A stretch of DNA of 64,000 nucleotides from positions 768,001 through 832,000 of the forward strand of contig CAVYQE010000001.1 in the NCBI GenBank assembly GCA_963770565.1, given 5' to 3'. The DNA comes from an uncultured Actinomycetota bacterium (lineage in GTDB: Bacteria > Actinomycetota > Actinomycetes > JAFAQI01). The translations under genes and the position numbers were made by a program. Below, in pieces: positions 1 to 10,460 of the stretch. The notes under the pieces were generated by a model. That model saw only the letters and a program-made list of their open reading frames with translations. It was not told the DNA's origin and searched no databases. Position 1 is the stretch's first letter. Each line of letters opens with the position of its first letter.

Positions 1-105
1 CCGCTGAAGGAGCTCGGCGTCGCCGAGGTCTTCACTCCAGGGACTCCGACCACCGCGATCGTGGAGTGGGTCACCAGCCACGTGACGGCCAGCAGCGGCA
101 CCTGA
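1..105 (+). CDS. 3' end of cobalamin-binding domain protein (methylmalonyl-CoA mutase C-terminal-like), partial
   Basis: Frame 1 reads PLKELGVAEVFTPGTPTTAIVEWV...TGA; GVxxVFTPGTP is typical of the B12-binding domain C-terminus. Confidence 0.75.
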   Translation, partial: PLKELGVAEVFTPGTPTTAIVEWVTSHVTASSGT

Positions 106-202
106 CGGAGGGTGTCAGCAGCAAGTCAGCCGGCCGATACGGTGTCAACGCCGACCGGCCATGACGGGTCGCCGGCGCATGCGGCGATGAGGAGCTAACG
201 CG

Positions 203-1393
203 GTGGACCTGTTCGAATGGCAGGCCAAGGAGCTGTTTGCCAAGTACGGCGTACCGACGACCAAGCAGGTCGTGGTGACGTCCGCGGACCAGGTGCGGGC
301 GGCCGCCGAACATCTCGGCGGTGGTCCGGTGATGGTCAAGGCGCAGGTGAAGACCGGCGGGCGCGGCAAGGCCGGTGGGGTGAAGTTCGCGCCGACCACC
401 GATGACGCCGTCGAGAAGGCCGAGGCCATCTTCGGGATGGACATCAAGGGTCACACCGTGCGGACGGTCTTGATCTCCGAGGCGGCCGACATCGGCACCG
501 AGTACTACTTCTCGTTCCTGCTCGACCGCGGCAACCGCAGCTATCTCGCGATGTGCTCGGCGGAAGGCGGGATGGAGATCGAGGAGCTCGCGGTCGAGCG
601 GCCGGACGCGCTGGCGCGAGTGCCGGTCGACCCGGTGGCCGGCGTCGACTCGGCGAAGGCGATGGAGATCGCCACTGCGGGCAACATTCCGGAGGCGGTG
701 CGGGACCAGGCGGCGGCGGTGATCGAGTCGCTCTGGCAGGTCTTCGTCGGCGAGGAGGCCACCCTGGTCGAGGTCAACCCGCTGGTGCGCACTCCGGACG
801 ACCAGATCCTCGCTCTCGACGGCAAGGTGACCCTCGACGACAACGCTGGCTTCCGCCATGCCGAGGTGCACGACGGCTATCGCGATATCTCGGCCACCGA
901 CCCGCTCGAGGTGCGGGCCAAGGAGCTCAACCTCAACTACGTGAAGCTCGACGGCGAGGTCGGCATCATCGGCAACGGGGCCGGGCTGGTCATGTCGACC
1001 CTCGACGTCGTTGCGTACGCCGGCGAGGCTTTCGGCGGCGTACGACCGGCCAACTTCCTCGACATCGGCGGCGGTGCGTCGGCCGAGGTGATGGCCAACG
1101 GGCTCGACGTGATCCTGTCAGATCCGTCGGTGCGAGCCGTGCTGGTCAACGTGTTCGGCGGGATCACTTCTTGCGACGCGGTCGCCAACGGCATCGTGCA
1201 GGCACTGTCGTTGCTCGAGAACCGGGGCGAGCGGGTCGACAAGCCCCTCGTCGTTCGCCTCGACGGCAACAACGCCGACGAAGGCCGCCGGATCCTCACC
1301 GACGCGGCCCATTCGCTGGTCGAGCAGGTCGACACGATGGACGGCGCCGCGCAACGGGTCGCGCAACTCGCGCACGGCGGAGAGGCGGCCTGA
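203..1393 (+). CDS. sucC: Succinyl-CoA ligase subunit beta
   Basis: [49 protein letters not shown]. Confidence 0.98.
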   Translation: MDLFEWQAKELFAKYGVPTTKQVVVTSADQVRAAAEHLGGGPVMVKAQVKTGGRGKAGGVKFAPTTDDAVEKAEAIFGMDIKGHTVRTVLISEAADIGTEYYFSFLLDRGNRSYLAMCSAEGGMEIEELAVERPDALARVPVDPVAGVDSAKAMEIATAGNIPEAVRDQAAAVIESLWQVFVGEEATLVEVNPLVRTPDDQILALDGKVTLDDNAGFRHAEVHDGYRDISATDPLEVRAKELNLNYVKLDGEVGIIGNGAGLVMSTLDVVAYAGEAFGGVRPANFLDIGGGASAEVMANGLDVILSDPSVRAVLVNVFGGITSCDAVANGIVQALSLLENRGERVDKPLVVRLDGNNADEGRRILTDAAHSLVEQVDTMDGAAQRVAQLAHGGEAA

Positions 1394-2262
1394 TGGCGAT
1401 CTGGCTCACGAAGGACAGCCGGGTGATCGTGCAGGGCATCACCGGCTCCGAGGGCACCAAGCACACCCGCCGGATGGTCGCGTCGGGGACCAACGTGGTC
1501 GGCGGCGTCAACGCGCGCAAGGCCGGCTCCGACGTCGACGGGATCCCGGTCTTCGCCAGCGTGGTCGAGGCGATGGCGGAGACCGGCGCCGATGTGTCGG
1601 TCGGCTTCGTGCCGCCGCCGTTCGCCCGCGACGCCGCGCTCGAGGCGATCGACGCCGAGATTCCTTTGCTCGTGGTCATCACCGAGGGAGTGCCGGTCCA
1701 GGACACCGCGTACTTCTTTGCCTATGCCCGGGAGCGGGGTACGACGCGGATCGTCGGGCCCAACTGCCCCGGCCTGATCTCTCCCGGCCAGTCCAACGCC
1801 GGCATCATCCCGGCCGACATCAGCGGGCCGGGGCGGATCGGGCTGGTGTCGAAGTCCGGCACGCTGACCTACCAGATGATGTACGAGCTGCGCGACGTCG
1901 GCTTCTCGACCGCGGTCGGCATCGGCGGCGACCCGGTCATCGGGACCACCCACATCGACTGCCTTGCGGCCTTCCAAGCCGATCCGGACACTGACGCCAT
2001 CGTCATGATCGGCGAGATCGGCGGTGACGCTGAGGAGCGGGCCGCGGAGTTCATTCAGGCCAATGTCACCAAGCCGGTCGTCGGCTACGTCGCCGGCTTC
2101 ACCGCGCCGGAGGGCAAGACGATGGGGCACGCCGGCGCGATCGTGTCGGGCTCGTCGGGAACCGCGGCGGCCAAGGCCGAGGCGCTGCAGGCGGTCGGCG
2201 TACAGGTCGGGAAGACCCCGAGCGAGACCGCGCGCCTGATGGCCGAGATCGTCCGCAGCTAG
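1393..2262 (+). CDS. sucD: Succinyl-CoA ligase subunit alpha
   Basis: ATG overlaps sucC stop; [26 protein letters not shown] phospho-His motif. Confidence 0.98.
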   Translation: MAIWLTKDSRVIVQGITGSEGTKHTRRMVASGTNVVGGVNARKAGSDVDGIPVFASVVEAMAETGADVSVGFVPPPFARDAALEAIDAEIPLLVVITEGVPVQDTAYFFAYARERGTTRIVGPNCPGLISPGQSNAGIIPADISGPGRIGLVSKSGTLTYQMMYELRDVGFSTAVGIGGDPVIGTTHIDCLAAFQADPDTDAIVMIGEIGGDAEERAAEFIQANVTKPVVGYVAGFTAPEGKTMGHAGAIVSGSSGTAAAKAEALQAVGVQVGKTPSETARLMAEIVRS

Positions 2263-2273
2263 AACCACACTCG

Positions 2274-2311
2274 TGGCCCATCGGTGGCGCCATAGCCCCA
2301 CGCATGGGCCA
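2274..2311. terminator. Stem-loop after sucD (possible terminator)
   Basis: TGGCCCAT (2274-2281) / ATGGGCCA (2304-2311) arms with inner GTGG/CCAC pairing; no U-tract. Confidence 0.4.
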
Positions 2312-2382
2312 TTCGTGTTGTTATGTACGACCTGCGGCGTGTAACACCAGCCTCAGCCGTACTCTCCTGTCACCATCGCGGG

Positions 2383-3639
2383 GTGACCGACATCGCCGAT
2401 GGCAAGCTGCGGGTGGCCCGGCGCCCGGCGCAGGCGGTCGCCATCGCGGTTGCCCGCCCGACGGCCGCGCCGACCCGGGCGGAGGCGGCCGGGTCGGTCT
2501 GGGTCAGGGGCGCGTTCGCGGCCGCCTGGTCAGCCGCTTTGGGCCTCGGGCTGCTGCTGGTCGTCTCGTTGATCCTGCTCACGACCGACTCCCGCGCTAC
2601 CGCGAGCGCGGGCGATGCGGCCCGGCTCGCGACGCAACTGTGGTTGGTGGCGCATCGCTCGCCGCTTCAGGTGCCCGGCGGGGTGCTGAGCATGCCGCCG
2701 CTCGCGCTGACCCTTGCCCTCGGCCTGATCGTGGCGCGGGCAAGCGCGATCGTCGCGCGGGCGAGCCGCTGCGCGGATGTGCGCGCGCTCGGCCCGGTCG
2801 TGATCTCGGTGGCGCTTCCGTACGCCGTGATCGCCGCCGTCCTGGCCGGGGTGGTGCGAACCGGCACGCTGCGCCCGTCGCCCGGTGCGGCCTTCGTGTG
2901 CGCCGCGCTGGTCAGCGGACTGTTTGCGTCCCTGGGCGCGACCCGCGGCGCTGGGCTCGGTCGCGAGGCCTGGCAGTCCGTCCCGCTCCGGCTGCAGGTG
3001 CCGCTGCAAGCGGCCGGAACGGCGGCGATCCTGCTGCTCGCGGCGGCGTCACTGCTCACGGTCGGCTCGATCCTCGCCCACCTGCACCGGTTCACCTCGG
3101 TCGTCAATGGATACGCCGGGGCGCCGGGCGAAATCTCGATGCTGCTCCTCTCGTTGGCATTGGTGCCGAACGCCGCGATCTTCGGGCTCGGGTATCTCAC
3201 CGGGCCAGGCTTCGCGGTCGGCACGGGCACCGCGGTCGCGATCGGTAGCTCGCACGTCGCGGCCGTGCCGGCCCTCCCGCTGCTGACCGCGGTACCGGCC
3301 GGGCGCGCGCCGTGGCCGGTGTTGGCCTGGTGTGTGCTGGCCGTCGTCGTCGCCGGCATTGCTGCCGGGCGCCGGATCACCCGGTCCTCGACGCTCGACC
3401 TCACCGGCCGGCTGCAGAGCGTGGTGGTCGCCGCTGCTGCGCTGGGTGTCGTCGCGGCAGTCGTCACCGGCTTCGCCGGCGGGCCGGCCGGCCCGGGCCG
3501 GCTGCGCGCGTTCGGCCCGTCGCCCTGGCAGGTCGGTCTCGCCGTCGCCGGCGAGACCGCGGTCGTCGCTGCTCTTGCCGTGCTGGCCGCGGCGCTGATC
3601 TCGTCGCGAGCCGGGTTCAAACGCGAGAAGTCGGGCTAG
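2383..3639 (+). CDS. DUF6350/PerM-like polytopic membrane protein
   Basis: WLVAH, PLALT, YLTGPGFAVGTG, ALPLL motifs; typical position between sucD and purN; start uncertain (2323 or 2383). Confidence 0.8.
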   Translation: MTDIADGKLRVARRPAQAVAIAVARPTAAPTRAEAAGSVWVRGAFAAAWSAALGLGLLLVVSLILLTTDSRATASAGDAARLATQLWLVAHRSPLQVPGGVLSMPPLALTLALGLIVARASAIVARASRCADVRALGPVVISVALPYAVIAAVLAGVVRTGTLRPSPGAAFVCAALVSGLFASLGATRGAGLGREAWQSVPLRLQVPLQAAGTAAILLLAAASLLTVGSILAHLHRFTSVVNGYAGAPGEISMLLLSLALVPNAAIFGLGYLTGPGFAVGTGTAVAIGSSHVAAVPALPLLTAVPAGRAPWPVLAWCVLAVVVAGIAAGRRITRSSTLDLTGRLQSVVVAAAALGVVAAVVTGFAGGPAGPGRLRAFGPSPWQVGLAVAGETAVVAALAVLAAALISSRAGFKREKSG

Positions 3640-4184
3640 GCCTGAATCACGATCGTGCCGCAGATCTTGTCGGCAAAGGTCTGCCGCTTGGGGTCCCACA
3701 GCGGCCAGAGGTAGCCGATGTCGCAGACCAGGCCGTCGAGGAAGTGGGCGATCTGGCGCACGAAGGACATGCCCGGGCCGACCACCTGGCCATCGATCTC
3801 ACGAACCAGCCGGATCCCGATCTGTGACTTGCCGATCGTCTGGCCGGTCCGACCCTGGCGGAACACCACGTTCCAGATGCTGACGGCGATTATCGCGAGA
3901 TAAGCCAGAACTGCGAGAACCTCGCCGATCCCATGACCGATTGCCAGCCCGATGAACACCAGGATCACTCCCGGTACGCCGATGACAAGCCCGTCGATCA
4001 ACGTCGCCCCGACCCGCTGGAGCCAGGACGCATAGGGCCGGGCCGGCGGCGGATACGGCGACTGCCCGTAATAGGGCGCCGGAGGACCCGACGGCTGCCC
4101 GAAGGACGATGAGTACGGTTGCGGCGCGCCGTACTCCGGGTTGCCGAACTGCGGAGGTTGGACCGGCTCCTCGGGGGTCGTCAC
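3636..4184 (-). CDS. RDD family membrane protein with Pro-rich N-terminus
   Basis: ASWLQRVGATLID, TGQTIGK, WPLWDPKRQTFADKI; GTG start at 4184. Confidence 0.9.
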   Translation of the reverse strand: MTTPEEPVQPPQFGNPEYGAPQPYSSSFGQPSGPPAPYYGQSPYPPPARPYASWLQRVGATLIDGLVIGVPGVILVFIGLAIGHGIGEVLAVLAYLAIIAVSIWNVVFRQGRTGQTIGKSQIGIRLVREIDGQVVGPGMSFVRQIAHFLDGLVCDIGYLWPLWDPKRQTFADKICGTIVIQA

Positions 4185-4189
4185 GCCGC

Positions 4190-4732
4190 TCAGACCTTGA
4201 TGACGACGGTGTTGAGGATCTTGTCGGCGAAGGTCTGCCGTTTGTCGTCCCACAGCGGCCAGAACCAGCCGATGAAGCAGGCGAGCGAGTCGAGGAAGTG
4301 GCAGATGTAGCGCAGAATGCCCATCCCGCCGCCGAGCAGCTGTCCGTCCTGCGCGCGGATCAGCCGAAGCCCCGCGACGCGCTTGCCGGGGGACTGGCCG
4401 GTCGCACCGTTCATGTACCCGATCGCGAGCCCGATGACCAGCGCGACGACGTCGTAGACACCCCGGCTCCCGGTCACGAGGCCGAGGATCACCGACGGGA
4501 CCAAGACGATCACGAAGTCGACCAAGAACCCGCCGACGCGCTGGATCCAGGTGGCGAGCGGCGGTCCGGCGTAGGCGGGCTGCTGGTAGTCCGACCCGGC
4601 GTACGCAGGAGGCGCCGGCGGGTAGCCCGGAGGCGGCGGCGCGCCGTACTGCGGCGGCGCGCTGTAGTCGGGTGGAGGCGGTGGCGGAGTGCCCTCGGGG
4701 GGTGGCTGACCCGGGTCGTCCGGTGTGGTCAT
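4190..4732 (-). CDS. RDD family membrane protein with Pro-rich N-terminus
   Basis: ATWIQRVGGFLVD, TGQSPGK, WPLWDDKRQTFADKI. Confidence 0.9.
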   Translation of the reverse strand: MTTPDDPGQPPPEGTPPPPPPDYSAPPQYGAPPPPGYPPAPPAYAGSDYQQPAYAGPPLATWIQRVGGFLVDFVIVLVPSVILGLVTGSRGVYDVVALVIGLAIGYMNGATGQSPGKRVAGLRLIRAQDGQLLGGGMGILRYICHFLDSLACFIGWFWPLWDDKRQTFADKILNTVVIKV

Positions 4733-4834
4733 CGTGGTGCCCTTCCGGTAGGTGCTGCGAACAGCCTCAGTGCGGACAATAGGTGGCTTCGGCGCTCCCA
4801 GCCGGTATTGGCGCCGCGATCATCAAGGCGCCGA

Positions 4835-5338
4835 TCAGCCGGTTGATGCGTGGAAAGTCGCGATGCCGCTGGCGAGCCCGATGATCGTCAGCACGATGAA
4901 CACCACCGACAACACGATCCCGGCCGTCGCCAGGCCGTCGCCACCCTGCCCGGTCTGCTTGATCTGCGACTTGGCGATCAGGCCGAACACCAGCCCGAGC
5001 GGGGTGCAGAGGAAGGCGCAGATCAGCGAGGCGATCGCGAAGCCGTTCGTGCCGACGGACATTGGGTAGCCGCCGCCGTAGGGCGGTTGACCGTACTGGC
5101 CCTGGCCGTAGGGCGGTTGCCCGTAGGGCGGTTGCCCGTACGGCGGTTGCCCGTATTGGGGCTGTCCGTACGGCGGCATACCCGGCTGCTGCGGCTGACC
5201 GTACGGCGGCGGCGCGCTCGGCTGGCTGCCGTAGGGCGGTGGCGGCGGTGGCGGTGGTGGCGGTGGTGGTGGCGGTGGTGGCGGCGGCGCAGCGTCGGGC
5301 GGCGGGCCGGGCGTGGTCGGGTCGTCCGGTGTGCTCAC
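4835..5338 (-). CDS. DUF4190 membrane protein with poly-Pro/PPYGQ N-terminus
   Basis: [10 protein letters not shown]...[25 protein letters not shown]; GTG start at 5338. Confidence 0.88.
   Translation of the reverse strand: MSTPDDPTTPGPPPDAAPPPPPPPPPPPPPPPPPPYGSQPSAPPPYGQPQQPGMPPYGQPQYGQPPYGQPPYGQPPYGQGQYGQPPYGGGYPMSVGTNGFAIASLICAFLCTPLGLVFGLIAKSQIKQTGQGGDGLATAGIVLSVVFIVLTIIGLASGIATFHASTG
5066..5287 (-). repeat. Coding low-complexity repeat: 18 consecutive Pro codons plus ~15-nt PPYGQ tandem units
   Basis: (NGG)n run at 5234-5287 and repeated ccgtagggcggttg-like units at 5076-5170. Confidence 0.9.
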
Positions 5339-5352
5339 ACGGGCTCCAGTCG

Positions 5353-5793
5353 CTAGAAGGAGATGATGCCGAAGCGGACGAGTTGCCAGACCTCCGACGC
5401 GATCAGCACCGCGGCGATGACCACCCAGCGGGTCCGCCGCGACTGCTGCCACCACCCTGGCGGCCGCACTGCGCCCAGCATCGGCCAGGCCGCGAGCAGG
5501 CCGACCGCGAGCGGGGATGCACCTAGAGCGCCGCTCACGTCGCCGTGCCCGAGGCGGACCGCGGCGGTCGTGCCGCCGCAGAACGGGCACGGCAGCCCGG
5601 TCAGCTCGCGGAACAGGCACAGCGTGGCGGGCCGGTGCGGGATGTGCAGCGCAGCGACCAGCACCGCCACGAGGACAACCGCGGCGTACCGCTTGGCGAC
5701 CGTGGCCGGCGTGACCCTGGCTCGACCCTGCGGCGGATACACCGGGTGGGCAGCGCACTCGTGGCGCGGCAGCGCGACGGTGTCGGCGGTCAC
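5353..5793 (-). CDS. DUF2752 membrane protein
   Basis: [19 protein letters not shown]...HGD signature. Confidence 0.88.
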   Translation of the reverse strand: MTADTVALPRHECAAHPVYPPQGRARVTPATVAKRYAAVVLVAVLVAALHIPHRPATLCLFRELTGLPCPFCGGTTAAVRLGHGDVSGALGASPLAVGLLAAWPMLGAVRPPGWWQQSRRTRWVVIAAVLIASEVWQLVRFGIISF

Positions 5794-5887
5794 GCGGGCA
5801 GCATGCCAGATCGCGGCGCGGGACGGGCGGTATCCTCGCCGTAGTTTCCCAGCCCGTCACACCCGCTGAAGCACACGGGGAGTCATC

Positions 5888-6493
5888 CTGTCCGCGCGGC
5901 TCGTCGTGCTCGTGTCCGGTGCCGGCACCAATCTCGCTGCACTGCTCGAGGCGACCGAGGATCCGGGGTACGGCGCCACCGTTGTTGCGGTCGGTGCAGA
6001 TCGCGACGGCATTGAAGGGCTGGCTCGCGCGGACCGCGCCGGAGTGCCGACTTTCGTCCTGCGGGTGCCGGACTTCGTCGATCGCGAGGCATGGGACCGG
6101 GCGTTCACGGACGAGGTCGCGAAGCACGAACCCGACCTGGTCGTGTCGGCCGGGTTCATGAAGCTCCTGGGCGCAGAGTTCCTGGCCGGCTTCGGCGGGC
6201 GCTTCGTCAACACCCATCCGTCACTGCTGCCCTCGTTTCCCGGCATGCACGGGGTGCGAGATGCGCTGGACCATGGCGCCAAGGTCACCGGGTGCACGCT
6301 GTTCATGGTCGACGGCGGTGTCGACACCGGCCCGATCGTCGCGCAGCGCAGCGTCGAGGTCGCCGACGATGACGACGAGGCCAGCCTGCACGAGCGGATC
6401 AAGGCTGCGGAGCGAGCGATGCTGGTCGAGACGATCGGACGGATGGCCCGCGAGGGCTGGCAGGTCAGCGACAGGAAGGTCACGATCGGATGA
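5888..6493 (+). CDS. purN: Phosphoribosylglycinamide formyltransferase
   Basis: [29 protein letters not shown]; start probably CTG 5888 (ORF track gives GTG 5906). Confidence 0.96.
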   Translation: MSARLVVLVSGAGTNLAALLEATEDPGYGATVVAVGADRDGIEGLARADRAGVPTFVLRVPDFVDREAWDRAFTDEVAKHEPDLVVSAGFMKLLGAEFLAGFGGRFVNTHPSLLPSFPGMHGVRDALDHGAKVTGCTLFMVDGGVDTGPIVAQRSVEVADDDDEASLHERIKAAERAMLVETIGRMAREGWQVSDRKVTIG

Positions 6494-8043
6494 GCAGGCG
6501 ACCTATCAGGCGGGCGCTCGTCAGCGTCTACGACAAGACCGGGCTGGTCGAGCTCGGCCGGTCACTTGCCGAGGCCGACGTCGAGATCGTGTCCACCGGC
6601 TCGACCGCGGCCCGGTTGCGCGACGAGGGCATCCCGGTGATCCCGGTCGAGGAGCTGACCGGCTTCCCAGAGTGCCTGGAAGGCCGGGTCAAGACCCTGC
6701 ACCCGAAGGTGCACGCCGGGATCCTGGCCGACCTGCGCAAGCCTGACCACGCCGCGCAGCTCGCCGACCTTGGCATCGCGGCCTTCGACCTGGTCGTGGT
6801 CAACCTCTATCCGTTCCGCGACACGGTGGCCTCCGGCGCCTCGCCGGACGAATGCGTCGAGCAGATCGACATCGGCGGCCCGTCGATGGTGCGAGGCGCG
6901 GCCAAGAACCATCCCTCGGTCGCGGTGGTGGTCGACCCGTCGGCGTACCCCGCGGTCGTCGAGGCGCTCGCCGCCGGTGGCTTCACGTTGGCGGAGCGGC
7001 AGCGGCTGGCCGCGCAGGCCTTCGCGCACACCGCGTCGTACGACGTCGCGGTCGCCTCGTGGATGGGCAACGTGCTGGCGCCGGCCGAGGGCGACAGCGG
7101 GTTCCCGCGGTGGGCCGGCGCGACCTGGGAGCGCGCCGCGGTCCTGCGGTACGGCGAGAACCCGCACCAGCGAGCCGCGCTCTACCGGCACTGGCGCGGC
7201 GGGCTCGCGGCCGCCGAGCAGCTGCACGGCCCGGACCTGTCGTACAACAACTACACCGACACCGACGCGGCCCGGCGGGCGGCTTACGACTTCGACGAGC
7301 CCTGCGTGGCGATCATCAAGCACGCCAACCCGTGCGGCATCGCGGTCGGTGCCGACGTCGCCGAGGCACACCGGCTGGCGCATGCCTGCGACCCGCTCTC
7401 GGCGTACGGCGGCGTGATCGCGGCCAACCGGCCGGTGACGAAGGAGCTGGCGGAGCAGCTGGCCGGGGTGCTGACCGAGGTGATCTGCGCCCCGGACTTC
7501 GACGGCGACGCGCTCGAGATCTTCCGGGCCAAGGCCAAGCTGCGGGTGCTGCGCTGCCCAGCCGATGCCCATCCGGATCCGGTCGAGTTCACCGCGATCA
7601 GCGGCGGCCTTCTGATGCAGACCGTGGACCGCCTCGACGCGCCCGGTGACGACCCGTCGGCGTGGACGCTGCAGGCCGGGGAGGCCGCCGACCCGGAGAC
7701 GCTCGCCGACCTTGGGTTCGCGTGGCGCGCCTGCCGGGCGGTGAAGTCGAACGCGATCGTGCTGGCGTCGGCCGGCGCAACGGTCGGCGTGGGGATGGGC
7801 CAGGTCAACCGGGTCGACTCCGCCCGGCTGGCGGTGTCACGAGCCGGCGACCGCGCGAAGGGCTCGGTGGCGGCGAGTGATGCCTTCTTCCCGTTCCCGG
7901 ACGGGTTGCAGGTCCTCATCGACGGCGGCGTCCGGGCCGTGGTCGAGCCGGGCGGTTCGGTGCGTGACGATCTGGCGATCGAGGCGGCCGAGGCGGCCGG
8001 CGTCACGCTGTATTTCACCGGTGTCCGACACTTCTTCCACTAG
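6490..8043 (+). CDS. purH: Bifunctional AICAR transformylase/IMP cyclohydrolase
   Basis: [51 protein letters not shown]. Confidence 0.98.
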   Translation: MSRRPIRRALVSVYDKTGLVELGRSLAEADVEIVSTGSTAARLRDEGIPVIPVEELTGFPECLEGRVKTLHPKVHAGILADLRKPDHAAQLADLGIAAFDLVVVNLYPFRDTVASGASPDECVEQIDIGGPSMVRGAAKNHPSVAVVVDPSAYPAVVEALAAGGFTLAERQRLAAQAFAHTASYDVAVASWMGNVLAPAEGDSGFPRWAGATWERAAVLRYGENPHQRAALYRHWRGGLAAAEQLHGPDLSYNNYTDTDAARRAAYDFDEPCVAIIKHANPCGIAVGADVAEAHRLAHACDPLSAYGGVIAANRPVTKELAEQLAGVLTEVICAPDFDGDALEIFRAKAKLRVLRCPADAHPDPVEFTAISGGLLMQTVDRLDAPGDDPSAWTLQAGEAADPETLADLGFAWRACRAVKSNAIVLASAGATVGVGMGQVNRVDSARLAVSRAGDRAKGSVAASDAFFPFPDGLQVLIDGGVRAVVEPGGSVRDDLAIEAAEAAGVTLYFTGVRHFFH

Positions 8044-8074
8044 TGGCGATGCGCGCAGGGATGGTGGTGATCGG

Positions 8075-8938
8075 ATGACCGCCCGGATGCTGCCCGGTGG
8101 ACCGGTGGCCGATGCCGTCCTGGCCGCGCTCGCGCCGCGGATCGGCGCCCTCGTGGCGGCCGGGCACACGCCCGGCCTTGGCACGATCCTGGTCGGCGAC
8201 GACTCGGCGAGTGCCGGCTACATCCGGGTCAAGCAGGAGAAGGCCGCCGAGCTCGGCCTTCGCTCGCCGCACGTGCACCTTCCGCAGGACGCCACCCAGG
8301 CCGACCTGTTCGCGGCGATCCGGGACTTCAACGCCGACGACACGGTGGATGCGATGCTCGTGCAGCACCCGACCCCGCCGCAGATCGACTTCGATGCGGC
8401 CCTGATGGAGATGGACCCGGACAAGGACGTCGACGGGTTGCATCCGACGAACATGGGCCGGCTCGCGCTCGGGATGCCGGGCCCGGTGCCGTGCACGCCG
8501 GCCGGGATCGAGGCCTTGCTGGCGCACTACGAGATCCCGGTGTCGGGCCGCTCGGTCTGCATCCTCGGTCGCGGTACGACGCTCGGCCGGCCGCTCTCGC
8601 TCCTGCTGACCCAGAAGCGCCCGACCGCCAACGCGGCCGTCACGGTCGTCCACACCGGTGTCCCGAACTGGCCGGACTACACCCGCGCCGCGGAGATCGT
8701 GATCGCCGCCGCGGGCGTACCCGGCATCCTGCAGCCCGAGCACATCACGTCCGGGTCGGTCGTGATCGGGGGCGGCGTCCGTTACGAGGGCCGGCGGCTG
8801 CTCCCCGACGTCGACGAGTCGTGCGAAGCCGTCGCGGGCGCGATCACACCGCGGGTCGGCGGGGTGGGGCCGACCACGGTCGCGATGCTCTTCCGCAACT
8901 GCATCGAAGCCGCCGAGTCCCGCGCCGCGACCGACTAA
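8075..8938 (+). CDS. folD: Methylene-THF dehydrogenase/cyclohydrolase
   Basis: YxxxK, KDVDGLHP, PCTP, TPRVGGVGPTT. Confidence 0.93.
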   Translation: MTARMLPGGPVADAVLAALAPRIGALVAAGHTPGLGTILVGDDSASAGYIRVKQEKAAELGLRSPHVHLPQDATQADLFAAIRDFNADDTVDAMLVQHPTPPQIDFDAALMEMDPDKDVDGLHPTNMGRLALGMPGPVPCTPAGIEALLAHYEIPVSGRSVCILGRGTTLGRPLSLLLTQKRPTANAAVTVVHTGVPNWPDYTRAAEIVIAAAGVPGILQPEHITSGSVVIGGGVRYEGRRLLPDVDESCEAVAGAITPRVGGVGPTTVAMLFRNCIEAAESRAATD

Positions 8939-9588
8939 TTGACAGGTGGGCGGCGGAGGACCTGCCGGACCACCTCGGGTCGCAGCGCGACCGAATTGAT
9001 CGGCGCCTTCAGGTAGCGGATGATCTGCTTGCCGTCGGTGCCGTACGGCGTGATCTTGGAGTCGCGTGGCACCAGGTTGGACAGCCCGAGGAAGCCCTGC
9101 ACCAGGAAGATCGCGATCGTGGCCGGCTCGAGCGCCGAGGCAAATACCGTGATGGCAAGGGCGGCGATCAGCAGGTTGGTGGCCGGCCCTGCCGCGGTGC
9201 TCAACACGCCGTGTCGACGAGTTGTCGGTCGAGTGCAGTAGGTCACGCCGTGTGAGGGCCACAGGTGGACCTCCAACCGCCCGACTACCAGGATCGTCGG
9301 TCCGGACCCGATCTGAATCTTCACCACCCGCCGTCCGCAGAGCACCGCCGCAAGGGCGTGACCGAACTCGTGCACCCAGATGCCGCCGATCAGCGCGCCA
9401 GCCGCGATCGCCATCTCGAGCACCGCGTGGCTCGGGCTGCCCCCGGTCGTGGGATGAGAAGCGGGGAACGGGACCGTGGTGAGGATGAAGGCCCAGCCCA
9501 TCACCGTGATCAGGGGCGCGAGCGCCTCAAGCGCGGACGGGTGTTTCTGCGAGCCGGACACACAGTGTCCTTCGGCCGTTTCGACCAA
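8935..9588 (-). CDS. Site-2 protease (M50) family membrane metalloprotease
   Basis: HEFGH, AAGPATNL, NLVP...TDG motifs; start uncertain. Confidence 0.8.
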   Translation of the reverse strand: MVETAEGHCVSGSQKHPSALEALAPLITVMGWAFILTTVPFPASHPTTGGSPSHAVLEMAIAAGALIGGIWVHEFGHALAAVLCGRRVVKIQIGSGPTILVVGRLEVHLWPSHGVTYCTRPTTRRHGVLSTAAGPATNLLIAALAITVFASALEPATIAIFLVQGFLGLSNLVPRDSKITPYGTDGKQIIRYLKAPINSVALRPEVVRQVLRRPPVN

Positions 9589-9659
9589 CTTGTGAACCGT
9601 AACGCCAAGTGCGATGCCCGCAGCGGTTCTCGAACCGGGGTCACTAGAATCGGCGCGGG

Positions 9660-10073
9660 ATGAACGATCTGTCGCCGCGACTGGATCCGGTCGAGCTCGC
9701 CGTCGTCCGCTTGCCGGCCGGCTGGCAGCCCCCGCCGATCGTGGCTGGGCAGTTCACCGCAGTCGTGTCCAGCGATCTCGAGGTCACCGTCGTCTGCGAC
9801 AAGGCGCTGCTCGACGACCCGGCTTGGGCGGGCGACGCCGTCGAGGTGGACATCGGCTGGCAGCGGATCACCTTCCCGGGTCCGCTGCCGTGGGAGCAGG
9901 TCGGCTTCCTCGCCGACGTCGCGGGTCGACTGGCTGGCGCGCAGATCCCGTTCACCTCGATCTCCGGCTTCACCACGGACCACGTCCTGGTCCGCGCGGC
10001 GCAGGCCGATCTCGCGGTCGGGGTGCTCTCCGGCGAGCAGCCGCCACCGCAACGGCCCGGCACCAATCCGTGA
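9660..10073 (+). CDS. ACT-domain protein (CASTOR/ACT_7-like)
   Basis: EVTVVC, GPLPWEQVGFLA, ISGFTTDHVLV; TAGAAT -10 upstream. Confidence 0.78.
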   Translation: MNDLSPRLDPVELAVVRLPAGWQPPPIVAGQFTAVVSSDLEVTVVCDKALLDDPAWAGDAVEVDIGWQRITFPGPLPWEQVGFLADVAGRLAGAQIPFTSISGFTTDHVLVRAAQADLAVGVLSGEQPPPQRPGTNP

Positions 10074-10384
10074 GCGCAGCGGAGCCCCCACAGCCGACCG
10101 GCCCACTGCGAAAGCCGCGACGCCGCTTCGACCCGCTCGCGCTCGTCGCGCTCACGGTTGCGGTAGGAGTGCTGATTGCGGCGGTACACCACCCGCGGAC
10201 CGGGATGTTCGTCGTCTGCGGCGGGCTGGGCGCGGGCGCCCTGCTTCGGCTGGTTCTGAGCCCACACCACGCCGGTCTGCTGGTCGTCCGGAGGCGGCGG
10301 CTCGACGTGGTCGTCCTGCTCGGGCTCGCGCTCGCCCTCGGCGTGCTCGCCGCGGTCACCCCGTTCCCAGCGGGGCGGGGATAG
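10070..10384 (+). CDS. DUF3017 membrane protein
   Basis: LRLVLS...AGLLVVRRRRLD; usual neighbour of folD. Confidence 0.8.
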   Translation: MSAAEPPQPTGPLRKPRRRFDPLALVALTVAVGVLIAAVHHPRTGMFVVCGGLGAGALLRLVLSPHHAGLLVVRRRRLDVVVLLGLALALGVLAAVTPFPAGRG

Positions 10385-10460
10385 CCGACCGCCACGACCG
10401 CGCTGGACTAATCTGCGTCGCGGGGGCGAGGCCACCACCACATCAATCGCAGGAGACTGA

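Noticed and set aside
553-1392. Apparent 280-aa N-terminal extension of SucD
   Set aside because: Out-of-frame overlap with sucC. The true start is the ATG at 1393.
5794-5887. Possible ZMP/ZTP riboswitch upstream of purN-purH
   Set aside because: No GACTGGCG / GTGG..CCAC.GGGGAGCG / GCCTGGGC pattern. The region looks like two divergent promoters plus an RBS.
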